Shown: piece by piece, positions 25,457 through 34,648 of the stretch | How the letters are laid out: every line of letters begins with the position of its first letter | Position numbering within the stretch: position 1 is the stretch's first letter | Virus record (IMG/VR): IMGVR_UViG_3300033508_000321 | DNA: 64,000 nt | Source: a virus | Reading direction: 5' to 3' (one strand) | Made by a program: the position numbers and the translations under genes | Notes under the pieces: model-generated | Told to the model about the DNA's origin: nothing | Databases searched by the model: none | Seen by the model: the letters and a program-made list of their open reading frames with translations, nothing else

Positions 25457-25945
25457 ATGGCAACACAATTCATTTTAACAGACCCAGAAATTCGAGTAAT
25501 TGACAGCAAGGTATACGCATACTTGCATGACCTACCAAAAACAGAAACGGTAGAGGTAGTGGATGATACACAACCGAAAGCCGAGGTGGTAAAACCTGAA
25601 GTAAAACCAGAGCCTAAAGTTGAACCAAAGGTTGAACCAAAGGTTGAACCGAAAGTAACGGAAACACGAAGCAAGAAAGCAATCGAAAAGACGGTGGAAA
25701 AATCTGAATCAAACACCGTATGGGACTGGTCAACTATCGGACGTGGTGAAATGTTCACACTCGAGCACGCAGATGGCAATTGCGAAGTGGTAGCCGAAAG
25801 CGTAAAAACATTGGCGGGCGAAACTACAGTTTTCGTAGAAGTACTAAAAAGTGAAAACGAAAACCTAACGGTAGGTAAAAAATACGAACTATCTACCATT
25901 GACGATTTCGGTGATTTCATCTTTAAAACAGGTAACGTATTATGA
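25457..25945 (+). CDS. Hypothetical protein with (V/K)EPK repeat linker
   Basis: 12-nt tandem repeat GTTGAACCAAAG x3 at 25619-25654 encodes VEPKVEPKVEPK. Confidence 0.5.
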   Translation: MATQFILTDPEIRVIDSKVYAYLHDLPKTETVEVVDDTQPKAEVVKPEVKPEPKVEPKVEPKVEPKVTETRSKKAIEKTVEKSESNTVWDWSTIGRGEMFTLEHADGNCEVVAESVKTLAGETTVFVEVLKSENENLTVGKKYELSTIDDFGDFIFKTGNVL

Positions 25946-26385
25946 AAAAAGTAGGCGAAGAGTTCGACAAAGCAACGGTAGTAACCACTATCAATGCCGC
26001 AGCTAACAATCTGGAATTGGCACGAAAAAAAGCTAAGGAGATCAAAGAAATTGAGGATGACTCGAAAAACATTCTTAGCGAGTTTTTCAATCCAAAGTAC
26101 TCAGTTTTTCATGATAAAAAAGCTAAAAACGCAACGATTGACACCGGCGAATGGCAAGTGATAAACGAAAAGCGTGAATCATTGAAACAGAAAGCCGATG
26201 CACTGGCAAGCCTTGAGCAGATGATTGACAAAAAAGATTTGGCACGGTACACGGTAACTCAGGTAGTACTACCTGATGATGCGCTGGTAAACATGGTGCG
26301 GGGTGGCGTACTTACCGAAGAACAAGCAAACAGTTTGCTCGAGAGCAAAGTATCTTACGCACTCAAAGTAAAACGCTTAGCATGA
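25942..26385 (+). CDS. Hypothetical protein
   Basis: ATGA-coupled 147-aa ORF. Confidence 0.5.
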   Translation: MKKVGEEFDKATVVTTINAAANNLELARKKAKEIKEIEDDSKNILSEFFNPKYSVFHDKKAKNATIDTGEWQVINEKRESLKQKADALASLEQMIDKKDLARYTVTQVVLPDDALVNMVRGGVLTEEQANSLLESKVSYALKVKRLA

Positions 26386-26789
26386 AAGCAGTAGAACCGC
26401 AAACAGAAAAAATAACGCCTCTCTCTTACGAGAGGCTTATTACCCTCCCGCTTGTCAGTATCAATAGCATTAACAATATTTTCGGTCTGAAAGAAACCTC
26501 AGACATTAACGAAAAGTTGCAGAATATTATTGAAGCATCCAAAAAAGGTACGCCAAAGAACGTAGAAGCAATCATTAATGCTTATTCACAACGACGGGCT
26601 TATGTTACGATTGACTACACCAGAACCATCTCACCACAGAAATTTGAACCTATAAAACTGGGTGGTGGTGTTAGTATTCCGGTGGATTACACACCTGAGG
26701 AATTAAACCAAGCGATGAAAATTTGGCGGGAAACATTCCTAGAAATGAAAGAACTGGTAGACAAAGAAGCAAAGAGTATGCTATCATGA
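26382..26789 (+). CDS. Hypothetical protein
   Basis: ATGA-coupled 135-aa ORF. Confidence 0.5.
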   Translation: MKAVEPQTEKITPLSYERLITLPLVSINSINNIFGLKETSDINEKLQNIIEASKKGTPKNVEAIINAYSQRRAYVTIDYTRTISPQKFEPIKLGGGVSIPVDYTPEELNQAMKIWRETFLEMKELVDKEAKSMLS

Positions 26790-27352
26790 GAAAAACAAAC
26801 TTAGATGAGTTAAATGATGATCAACTGTACGGCTATATGTTAGCCGTACATGGTGACCGTGGCCGGGTACACTTAGCAAACTCAGATTCGAAGTACATGA
26901 AACGCTTGTACGAAAGCGGGTATGTGACGAAAGATGGTAATTTTTACTTGTTTGTTGCTACGCTCATTGATCAACCTGTGAGGTATGATTTCCCGGAAAG
27001 TTACAAGAATTTTTTAGAGGAATTTCGCAGCAATGCAACAACTTACGGAAAGGGTACGGTACAGCATAACAACTTGAGTAACCTCATCCTTAGTCGGGTG
27101 AATACCGGAATAATGAGTGATGTAGATTTATGCAAATTTGCTTCTTTGTTGGTTGCTATTCGTGACGAAAATCTTACTTTTAACCCATCTTACACGCCCA
27201 TAGCAAGCGAAAAAGCGGTGGCAAAGGGTATTTTATCTATGGCGGGGTTAAAAACGATTATAGACAACATGGTAGAATATTATTTATTTGACTCGAAAAA
27301 GCCCTCATCGTTAATTCAATACTATTACAATTTCAAAGCAGTATGCAGTTAA
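26786..27352 (+). CDS. Hypothetical protein
   Basis: Start moved to ATG 26786 (MRKTNL...), which overlaps the upstream stop as ATGA. Confidence 0.5.
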   Translation: MRKTNLDELNDDQLYGYMLAVHGDRGRVHLANSDSKYMKRLYESGYVTKDGNFYLFVATLIDQPVRYDFPESYKNFLEEFRSNATTYGKGTVQHNNLSNLILSRVNTGIMSDVDLCKFASLLVAIRDENLTFNPSYTPIASEKAVAKGILSMAGLKTIIDNMVEYYLFDSKKPSSLIQYYYNFKAVCS

Positions 27353-28536
27353 ATTTACTATACGCAGTAATCCATAAATCGGATACCAAGATTTTAGCCA
27401 GTATCAAAGAAGAATTTTTTGATGATGATCACAAAGAAATTTTGCGTTTCGTTCGATTACATCATGCGAAGTATGGTAAATTTCCTGATGCAGAAACTGT
27501 AGAGCAGGAATTTGAAATTGAGTTTGAAAGAACCTCTGATCCCGCACAATTTTGGTACGATAAATTACTGGTGAAATACCGTGAACGTTTGGTAGAGGAA
27601 GCGGTAAAAGAGGCGGTGAGGAAAAAAACCATCGAACCGTTCGCAGAAGCAATACAAAAATGGCATAAAGCCGATGGTAATGGCGAGGTAATAAACTACG
27701 GCGATAATACAGACGAACGCTTGCAGGTGTATACCGACCGACTGGGTACAAGTGGTATAGCTTACCTTAGTACCGGCGTACCTGAATTGGATGATCTCAC
27801 TTTCGGAATCGGGAAGACTGACTATTGGTTAATCGGGGGGCAAGAGGGTGTTGGTAAAACATGGTGGCTGCTTCGCTTAGCGTACGGTATGAGTAACTCA
27901 GTACGTAGGTTGAAAGAAACACGTGGTAGACCGATATTTTTCATCAACAATGAAATGGACGTTACTGAATTGATTGAACGCGTAGATGCGATGCAAGCAC
28001 GAATAAGCTATACAAGGCTTACCACGGGCAAACTAAATGTGCAAGAACAGGAAACACTTAGAGACTATTTGAGCACGGTAAAAGCGAGGAAAAATAGCGG
28101 AAAAGAGATATTCCGAGTGGTGAATGATATTAACCGAGTATCGGAAATAGAACAGCTAATAAATCTATACAATCCGGCAATGATTATAGTGGATGGTATA
28201 CACTTAGTAAGTAAGTCTTTCGATTGGCAGGACATGATGACTGCTAACCGTGACCTGAAAGCACTCACACGCAGGTATAACGTACCAATTATTTCAGCGG
28301 CGCACCTGAAAGCAAAAGCGGGTGTAAAAGAAGATGAGGTAAACACCGATTCTTTTGCATACTTCAAAGGTGCTAGAGATGCTGATGTAAGTTTTGTCTT
28401 TTTTCAAGATGACCAAATGGCCAATGATGATGAAATCGGGCTAAAAATGGTAAAAGGGCGCAAAGGGCAAAAAGGTGCGATACTGTATAGGAATCACAGA
28501 GAAACAACCGAACAAACAATAATAAGAGTAGTATGA
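27343..28536 (+). CDS. dnaB: DnaB-like replicative DNA helicase
   Basis: Walker A GGQEGVGKT. Walker B MIIVDGIHL. DnaB-like N-terminal domain. Confidence 0.75.
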   Translation: MQLNLLYAVIHKSDTKILASIKEEFFDDDHKEILRFVRLHHAKYGKFPDAETVEQEFEIEFERTSDPAQFWYDKLLVKYRERLVEEAVKEAVRKKTIEPFAEAIQKWHKADGNGEVINYGDNTDERLQVYTDRLGTSGIAYLSTGVPELDDLTFGIGKTDYWLIGGQEGVGKTWWLLRLAYGMSNSVRRLKETRGRPIFFINNEMDVTELIERVDAMQARISYTRLTTGKLNVQEQETLRDYLSTVKARKNSGKEIFRVVNDINRVSEIEQLINLYNPAMIIVDGIHLVSKSFDWQDMMTANRDLKALTRRYNVPIISAAHLKAKAGVKEDEVNTDSFAYFKGARDADVSFVFFQDDQMANDDEIGLKMVKGRKGQKGAILYRNHRETTEQTIIRVV

Positions 28537-28802
28537 CAGTACCACAATATTACAAAGGGAAAATCTTGTACGAGCAAATAAAACGGCAGGGAAGCATGAT
28601 GGATTTCTTCTTCGATAAAGAAGCAGGTATAAAAGCAACCGAGGAAACTGCCATAGGTACGCTGGTACAGTTTCTTACCGGCGCAAAAAATATCGGTGAC
28701 GATGCCACTAAAAAACGTTTAGCTTTACAGGCAGTTTATGAGATAGCTACAATACTGAAAGAAGAACATACTGAGATGCTGAAAGAATTTGAAAACTTGT
28801 AG
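28533..28802 (+). CDS. Hypothetical protein
   Basis: ATGA-coupled 89-aa ORF. Confidence 0.45.
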   Translation: MTVPQYYKGKILYEQIKRQGSMMDFFFDKEAGIKATEETAIGTLVQFLTGAKNIGDDATKKRLALQAVYEIATILKEEHTEMLKEFENL

Positions 28803-28805
28803 AAT

Positions 28806-29684
28806 ATGATATTAGATCAATATATGCTACAGCTACAAGGCGCAAGAAAAACACCACACGGGTATAATAGCTACTGCCCGCACCCAGACCATGTACATAA
28901 GAATAGTAAGTCATTTCATGTGAATTTACAGAAAGGGTACACAAAATGTTTTTCGTGCGGAAAATTCATGCCGTTATTCGATTTTCTTATTGAAAGAAAA
29001 GTACCGTTTGACATAGCAGTAGATTACTTATTTGCAACGAAATTCGAGGACTTAGGGCTGCAAGAATTTACAAAGCCACAGCTAGGTACTAAGATACCGA
29101 AAAGCATGATAGACCGTGGTTTTTTAGTTGATACGCTTCTTCATTTTGAGGTTGGTTATGACGATGTAGAACAACGCACAACGATACCGCTCAGAATGAA
29201 TAACACGCTTTTCGGCATTGTTTTTCGTGAGTACCCGAAGAAGTTTTACACTAGTGAGGGTTTTTCCCGCCAAAATTTTCTGTACAACTACGAAAAAACG
29301 CAAAAAAGATACTACGTAGAAGGTTTTACTGACTGCTGGAAACTATGGCAACATGGTACACGAAATGTATCTGCAACACTGGGGACAAAGCCGGCAGAAG
29401 GACAGTTAAAACTGATGCGAAAGCATGACTTAGTGGTGATAGTACCTGATTACGATGTGCAGATGAAAAACGATGTTTTAGAATCGCCCGGAATATCGAA
29501 TGCATACTACATCTACGAGCATCTAAAATACGATACCGAAGTACACGTGGCTGTTTATGGTGCTACCGGCGACAAAATAGACCCGGGTGAAACAACACCC
29601 GAAAATTGGAAAAATCGGCGGGAAATACATTTTATGGAATTTGACTTAGAAATACAAAAAAACTTACCAAAATTAAGGCTATGA
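28806..29684 (+). CDS. dnaG: DNA primase (DnaG-like: CHC2 zinc finger plus TOPRIM)
   Basis: CPHPDHVHKNSKSFHVNLQKGYTKCFSCG zinc finger. YYVEGFTDCWKL and VPDYD TOPRIM-like acidic motifs. Confidence 0.7.
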   Translation: MILDQYMLQLQGARKTPHGYNSYCPHPDHVHKNSKSFHVNLQKGYTKCFSCGKFMPLFDFLIERKVPFDIAVDYLFATKFEDLGLQEFTKPQLGTKIPKSMIDRGFLVDTLLHFEVGYDDVEQRTTIPLRMNNTLFGIVFREYPKKFYTSEGFSRQNFLYNYEKTQKRYYVEGFTDCWKLWQHGTRNVSATLGTKPAEGQLKLMRKHDLVVIVPDYDVQMKNDVLESPGISNAYYIYEHLKYDTEVHVAVYGATGDKIDPGETTPENWKNRREIHFMEFDLEIQKNLPKLRL

Positions 29685-29794
29685 GTACTACAGAAATCAT
29701 TTTAACAATCATAACGTTAGCAGTTATGTCATTCACAACCGTAGGACTTTTCATGCTTGCAGAAATGTGGGCAAAAAAGAGCCGCAAGAAGTAG
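29681..29794 (+). CDS. Unlisted 37-aa single-pass membrane peptide
   Basis: ATGA overlap with the primase stop. MSTTEIILTIITLAVMSFTTVGLFMLAEMWAKKSRKK. Below the ORF-track size cut-off. Confidence 0.3.
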   Translation: MSTTEIILTIITLAVMSFTTVGLFMLAEMWAKKSRKK

Positions 29795-29798
29795 ATTA

Positions 29799-29843
29799 TT
29801 AACAACCAGTTAACAAATCACTAGCTATAAATTTATACTTTTG
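29799..29843 (+). promoter_or_regulatory. TTAACAA-N4-TTAACAA dyad plus -7 box TActTTTG
   Basis: Heptamers at 29799 and 29810, N19, then TActTTTG 29836-29843. ATG at 29892. Confidence 0.5.
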
Positions 29844-29891
29844 TAATGAAGGCACAACGCCGAATTTTTAACCATTTTAATAATAATTTTT

Positions 29892-30569
29892 ATGAAACCA
29901 GTACAAAAAAGTACACAAAACGAACAACCCACTTCATGGGATGATTTACGGAAAAAAGCAGAATCCACAGGCTTTAAAAAACGTGAGGACGAAAACGGAT
30001 TCTCAAAAGAAACCACAAATTTCTACGTTAGTGCGGACGACGGTAAAGCCGAAATTGTATTACTTGACCCCGGCACGTTTCCGCTAACCGTTCGGGTACA
30101 CAACGTGAAAATGAAAAGTAAAAACGGGAAGGAGTATTACCATACCGAAACCTGCCAGAAATCAGAGCAAGATCATTGCACGTTATGTGATGCAAAAAAA
30201 GCGGGAAATGGTGCGATTAGCGATGCATACGATGTATTCGCATTCACAGTGCTCGACCTTCGTGGTAAACGTGCCGAAGACGGAAAATTTGATGGCGAAC
30301 CAACACCCCTAATTTGGATGGCGACCAAAAAAATGCTGATGCAGCTAATCGAATTGAAAGAGCAATACGAAGACCTTAGTGGTTTGGTGCTCGAGGTAAA
30401 GCGCCTGAACAAAGACACCTATGTAACGGTGAAGATGGAGAAAGATCCAAAAAACCCACGTGTTCAACGCATGGTACAGTGGGAAGAAGAACTACCGGTT
30501 GCGCTACCAAATCGTGATTTCCTTTGGGAAGCACAAAGTGATAAGGATCTAGCTTGGTTACTAAAATAG
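29892..30569 (+). CDS. ssDNA-binding protein, T4 gp32-like
   Basis: GKAEIVLLDPG...VHNVKMKSKNGKEYYHTETCQKSEQDHCTLC parallels the gp32 region GQAVIRFLP...NGKWYIETC...CPVC (His/Cys3 zinc site). Confidence 0.6.
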   Translation: MKPVQKSTQNEQPTSWDDLRKKAESTGFKKREDENGFSKETTNFYVSADDGKAEIVLLDPGTFPLTVRVHNVKMKSKNGKEYYHTETCQKSEQDHCTLCDAKKAGNGAISDAYDVFAFTVLDLRGKRAEDGKFDGEPTPLIWMATKKMLMQLIELKEQYEDLSGLVLEVKRLNKDTYVTVKMEKDPKNPRVQRMVQWEEELPVALPNRDFLWEAQSDKDLAWLLK

Positions 30570-30575
30570 TGAGGG

Positions 30576-30598
30576 GCGGGGCTTAACCCCGCTTTTTT
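30576..30598 (+). terminator. Rho-independent terminator
   Basis: GCGGGG-cttaa-CCCCGC followed by TTTTTT. Confidence 0.7.
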
Positions 30599-30601
30599 AT
30601 T

Positions 30602-30829
30602 ATGTTACATCTCACACCAAAAGCGTATATTCAATTCATGGACTGGCTATCATTGTATAGCAATGAGATTGAAGAAAAAACCGGCCTAAATGCGTATGAT
30701 TACGTAGTACAGCCGGTAGGCACACCACTTGGACTTACAGTAGGTAAGTTTCCCGAACCTCTGGCAATGTATATCATTGCACACTGCACGCAGCAAGAAC
30801 CAGTAACAAAATTAAAGAAGATATGGTAA
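30602..30829 (+). CDS. Hypothetical protein
   Basis: 75-aa ORF overlapping the polA start by 7 nt. Confidence 0.4.
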   Translation: MLHLTPKAYIQFMDWLSLYSNEIEEKTGLNAYDYVVQPVGTPLGLTVGKFPEPLAMYIIAHCTQQEPVTKLKKIW

Positions 30830-32838
30830 ATAAACTGATGCAGTGGTTTGAAGAAAACTATCGAATAATTAACACGTTGGATGATTTTTTGGCGTTTAAT
30901 CTCGGAAAAGAATTTTCGTTTGATACCGAAACCACCGGGCTTAATCCTACAATAGCAAACCTGATTGGTGTTAGCTTTTGGGATCACAAAAATAGCCCGG
31001 TATTCGTACAGTTTAACTTTGAACATTTTTTCATTGGCCAAGTACCAGACCCAAAAAACGGGCGCAAAAAACTGAGTTTGAAAGTACCCTACAAAAAAGA
31101 GGATGCCATAAATTTAGCTGATGCACTGCCGCACCTGAGAGAGATATTTACAGACGCAAAAATCGTTGGCGCAAATAGCAAGTTCGATGCCAAAATCATG
31201 ATGCGATACGGCATTAAGTACGATATAATGGGTGATACCATGATAGCATCATTTTTAGCGGATAGCAGTACCGATAATGACCTGAAAAGTAATGCCCGAA
31301 GATACTTAGACCTTGACATGATAAGTTATGCAGAAACGGCGGGGGCGAAGAAAATCAAAGGTTTTCTAAATGTGGAATGGCCTAGCGTAGACTGGGAAAA
31401 ATACGGGCGGTACGGTGCTTTAGATAGCTATTCTACGTACCTTTTGCATGATAAATTACTGGTTGAAATGGAAAATGCCGGAAAAAGTAAATTTGCAAGC
31501 ATACCCGGCAGTGATGTTTTGAACTGTTACTATAACGTAGAACTACCTTTGATACCGGTGGTTGCCGATATGGAATTTTCTGGTGTGAAAATAGATAAGC
31601 AATTGATACGAAACATTGCCAAAGATTTGGACAAGGAAATTGAAAAATCGGAAAAGGCGATTTACGAAGCATCTGGGTGCAAGTTTAATATCGGAAGCAG
31701 TCAGCAATTAGGGGAAATCCTATTTACCCGAATGAAAATAAAACCAAAGAAACAAACGAAAGCGGGAAAAGACTCAGTAGATGAAGAAACGCTAAAAGAA
31801 CTTGCTTTTGATGGTCACAAAATAGCAGATTACTTGCTCAGGTATAGAAAATTGTTAAAACTAAGTGGCACGTATACTGACTCACTTATTGAACAAGTTG
31901 ATGCCGATGGTAGACTTCGGGCAGGTTTTAATCAAATTGGTGCTTTAACTGGCAGATTTTCAAGCAGTTCGCCAAATTTGCAGAATATACCGACGAACAA
32001 GAAATTTCGCATTCGTGATGCTTTTATTCCCGGCAATGGTAATGTTATAGTAGGTGGTGACTTTAGTCAATTAGAGCTGCGTACAATGGCTCACATGAGC
32101 AAGGACAAAGCACTGATTGAAGCCTATCATAATAACGAGGATATACACCAAAAAACGGCAAACGGTATTAATAAAGCTAACGGTTTATCCATTACCAGAT
32201 CAGAAGGTAAGACGTTGAATTTCAGTGTGTTGTATGGAATGTCAGCACCTACGCTGATGTACACGATTAACATGAAATTGCGTGAAAATTTCCATGAGGG
32301 TTCTATCACGTTCGAGGAAATGAATAGTAAGTTAATCACAAAAGAAACGGCGCAAAAGATGATCGACGGGTATTATTCTACCTACTCAGGATTCGAGAAA
32401 ATGGGTGCACATGAAGTACAGAAAGCGAAAAAGCGAGGTTTTGCCAGTACGTTATCCGGTAGAGTAAGACACATACCAGAGTTGAAAGATAAAATGACTT
32501 TCGGTAGTGGTAAGCGTTACACGATTTCAACATGGATACAAGGCTCAGCAGCCGATATTGTGAAAATAGGCATGGTAAAGGCTTACTACGCATTAAAAGC
32601 GGAAGGAATACCATTTAAACCACTTTTACAGGTGCATGATGAATGGATGCTCGAAGTACCGAGAAGTAAAGCAAAATTGGCGGAAGAAATCTTGAAACGT
32701 ACAATCGAAAATTCAATGTCAGACTTCGCAGTACCTTTAATCTTCGATACCGGAATTTATGAAACATGGGGTGAGGCAAAGTACGGAAAAAAGAAAAAAG
32801 ACGATGTAGCAATGTTAAAAATACTGGGAATCATATGA
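30823..32838 (+). CDS. polA: Family A DNA polymerase (Pol I-like) with 3'-5' exonuclease domain
   Basis: Exo I FDTETTGL. Motif A DFSQLELR. GRFSSSSPNLQNIP. Motif B KTLNFSVLYGMS. Motif C QVHDEW. Confidence 0.9.
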   Translation: MVNKLMQWFEENYRIINTLDDFLAFNLGKEFSFDTETTGLNPTIANLIGVSFWDHKNSPVFVQFNFEHFFIGQVPDPKNGRKKLSLKVPYKKEDAINLADALPHLREIFTDAKIVGANSKFDAKIMMRYGIKYDIMGDTMIASFLADSSTDNDLKSNARRYLDLDMISYAETAGAKKIKGFLNVEWPSVDWEKYGRYGALDSYSTYLLHDKLLVEMENAGKSKFASIPGSDVLNCYYNVELPLIPVVADMEFSGVKIDKQLIRNIAKDLDKEIEKSEKAIYEASGCKFNIGSSQQLGEILFTRMKIKPKKQTKAGKDSVDEETLKELAFDGHKIADYLLRYRKLLKLSGTYTDSLIEQVDADGRLRAGFNQIGALTGRFSSSSPNLQNIPTNKKFRIRDAFIPGNGNVIVGGDFSQLELRTMAHMSKDKALIEAYHNNEDIHQKTANGINKANGLSITRSEGKTLNFSVLYGMSAPTLMYTINMKLRENFHEGSITFEEMNSKLITKETAQKMIDGYYSTYSGFEKMGAHEVQKAKKRGFASTLSGRVRHIPELKDKMTFGSGKRYTISTWIQGSAADIVKIGMVKAYYALKAEGIPFKPLLQVHDEWMLEVPRSKAKLAEEILKRTIENSMSDFAVPLIFDTGIYETWGEAKYGKKKKDDVAMLKILGII

Positions 32839-33050
32839 GAGAATCAATAAGACTTGAAACCGGACATAAACTAGATTACTACTTCGGTGATCTGGTTTAC
32901 TTGAAATCAGACCCCGAACAAAGAATGCGGATAGTGGTAGGTGTACTGCTTAGCCCTGACAAATGCGTGTGTTATCAGTTAGCCTGTGGTGAGGTGGTAA
33001 GTACACACTATTATGTAGAAATTTCAACCGATAAAAACGTGATGTTATGA
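32835..33050 (+). CDS. Hypothetical protein
   Basis: ATGA-coupled 71-aa ORF. Confidence 0.45.
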   Translation: MRESIRLETGHKLDYYFGDLVYLKSDPEQRMRIVVGVLLSPDKCVCYQLACGEVVSTHYYVEISTDKNVML

Positions 33051-34270
33051 GTTTACAAGATCAGATTAAGAAGATAAACGAAATGTACGGTAAAAACGTA
33101 ATAAAACAGGGTAGTGAGCTACAAGCGGTGCTTAAAGTACCGATGCGTGAGCCTATACTTGACTACGTTTTGGGTGGTGGATTACCGACCGGCAGAATAA
33201 TAGAATTTCTTGGTGATGAGCATACCGGAAAAACTCGTGATAGTTACGTAGCCTTGGAACGTTTTCAGCATTTTTGCTTTGCTTGTGGTGGTTCTGATAC
33301 GTTGCAAGCAGAGTGGGAAAATAGCACCGGATTTCCAAAACTTGTATCTGCAACGTGCTCGAATTGCGAAAACCCTAGAACGTGTATTCAGGTCATTATT
33401 GACTATGAAAATACAACGGATAAAGACTTCTTGATAAAGTATTTTGACGTGGATTTAAACGGGGTTCTTTTCAACGTGAGTGATACACCGTCTATGCTGA
33501 TTAATACCGTAGAAACGTTTCTACGTAGCCCGGAAATCGGTCTTATCATTGTGGATTCAATGGGTAGCATTAGCAGCGATGCCGAAATAGATTCACGCAT
33601 GGAAGATATAAAAATGAATAGTGGCGCAAGAAACACAAATACTGCTGTACGTAAATGGCAAGCCGCTTTGAACTTCAACAGCAATAGCGTAGCACACCAA
33701 ATACCTACAACGTGCATAGTGATTAATCGAGAGTACGAGACCCTAAGCATTTACAGTGCAAAAGTACCGCAGGGTGGCCGTGGTTTACGCCATGCGAAAA
33801 GCATATCCATATCCCGAAAAATCAAAGAAAAGGTGCAAGTAAAAACACCGAACGGTGACGTGGTAGTAGGTATTCACCGGTTGATTGAATCAAAGAAAAA
33901 TAAGGCGGGAATGCCTTATCGAAAAGGTGAGGATTATCTGAATTTGGACATTAACAACCCTATTGGTTATGTTCGTGTAGATAGAGCAAGTCAGATTGTG
34001 GACATAGCTCTTCAGGAACGCATGGTAAAAAGTAGCGGCGGGTGGTTCCAGATTGGTGATGATAAATTTCACGGACGGGCGGAACTGATGAAAGAAATAG
34101 ATAATACCGAATTACCAAACAAAATAGATTTATTAGTATATGGAAAATCATTGGCTACAAGCGCAGGAAAAACCAAGCCGGAAACAAAGCCAGAAGCAGG
34201 AATTGAAACTGGCAAAAAGACTACAGGGAAAAGTAACAGCAAACTCGGGGGCGGCAAAAAACCAAAATGA
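33047..34270 (+). CDS. recA: RecA-like recombinase with inserted Cys4 zinc-ribbon and basic C-terminal tail
   Basis: GGGLPTGRIIEFLGDEHTGKT (Walker A), IDYENT, LIIVDSMGS (Walker B). Insert CFACGG...CSNCENPRTC lies between them. Lys/Gly/Thr-rich tail. Confidence 0.8.
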   Translation: MSLQDQIKKINEMYGKNVIKQGSELQAVLKVPMREPILDYVLGGGLPTGRIIEFLGDEHTGKTRDSYVALERFQHFCFACGGSDTLQAEWENSTGFPKLVSATCSNCENPRTCIQVIIDYENTTDKDFLIKYFDVDLNGVLFNVSDTPSMLINTVETFLRSPEIGLIIVDSMGSISSDAEIDSRMEDIKMNSGARNTNTAVRKWQAALNFNSNSVAHQIPTTCIVINREYETLSIYSAKVPQGGRGLRHAKSISISRKIKEKVQVKTPNGDVVVGIHRLIESKKNKAGMPYRKGEDYLNLDINNPIGYVRVDRASQIVDIALQERMVKSSGGWFQIGDDKFHGRAELMKEIDNTELPNKIDLLVYGKSLATSAGKTKPETKPEAGIETGKKTTGKSNSKLGGGKKPK

Positions 34271-34469
34271 TGTAGTGAGTAAAGATCACGAATTTGAGAT
34301 TAAGTACACCGATGCTGCCAGTTATAAGTTGAACATCTCAGACCTTGAGAAACTAGAGCGCAAATGTAGTATGAACCGTGAGCCGGTCTTTTTGGTGGAA
34401 TTCCGTCAAATTGGTAAGACCTATGCCATAGTAGAATTAGGATATTTAGAAACTCTGGTTAAGTTTTAA
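34140..34469 (+). CDS. Hjc-like PD-(D/E)xK nuclease (putative Holliday junction resolvase), overlapping recA 3' end out of frame
   Basis: ELKLAKRLQGKVTANSGAAKNQNDVVSKDHEFEIKY fits the Hjc-type pattern (SG...D...E-x-K). The SG and D residues are encoded inside the overlap. Confidence 0.5.
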   Translation: MENHWLQAQEKPSRKQSQKQELKLAKRLQGKVTANSGAAKNQNDVVSKDHEFEIKYTDAASYKLNISDLEKLERKCSMNREPVFLVEFRQIGKTYAIVELGYLETLVKF

Positions 34470-34613
34470 CAACTTATTTACAATTTTAGGAAACTTTGTT
34501 AAAAACTTGTTAATTTCTTATAGATTTTAACAAATCATTAACAAAGTTTCCTTTTATAATTTATTGGTGTTTAACAACTTATTAACAAATGCTGCTTTAT
34601 CTTTGTTGTATAA
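34466..34613 (+). repeat. Terminator/promoter module, copy A (of 4)
   Basis: 15-bp inverted repeat AGGAAACTTTGTTAA (34488-34502) / TTAACAAAGTTTCCT (34538-34552) plus TTTTATAATTT. TTAACAA dyad 34571/34582. -7 box TAtcTTTG 34598-34605. Confidence 0.85.
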
Positions 34614-34648
34614 ATTTTTAAACAGAAAACAACTAAAATTTTAAAATC

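Noticed and set aside
25432-25920. 162-aa - strand ORF antisense to 25457-25945
   Set aside because: It mirrors the + strand ORF almost exactly. Its repetitive GSTF translation comes from the reverse complement of the VEPK repeat. The + strand ORF fits the co-oriented operon.
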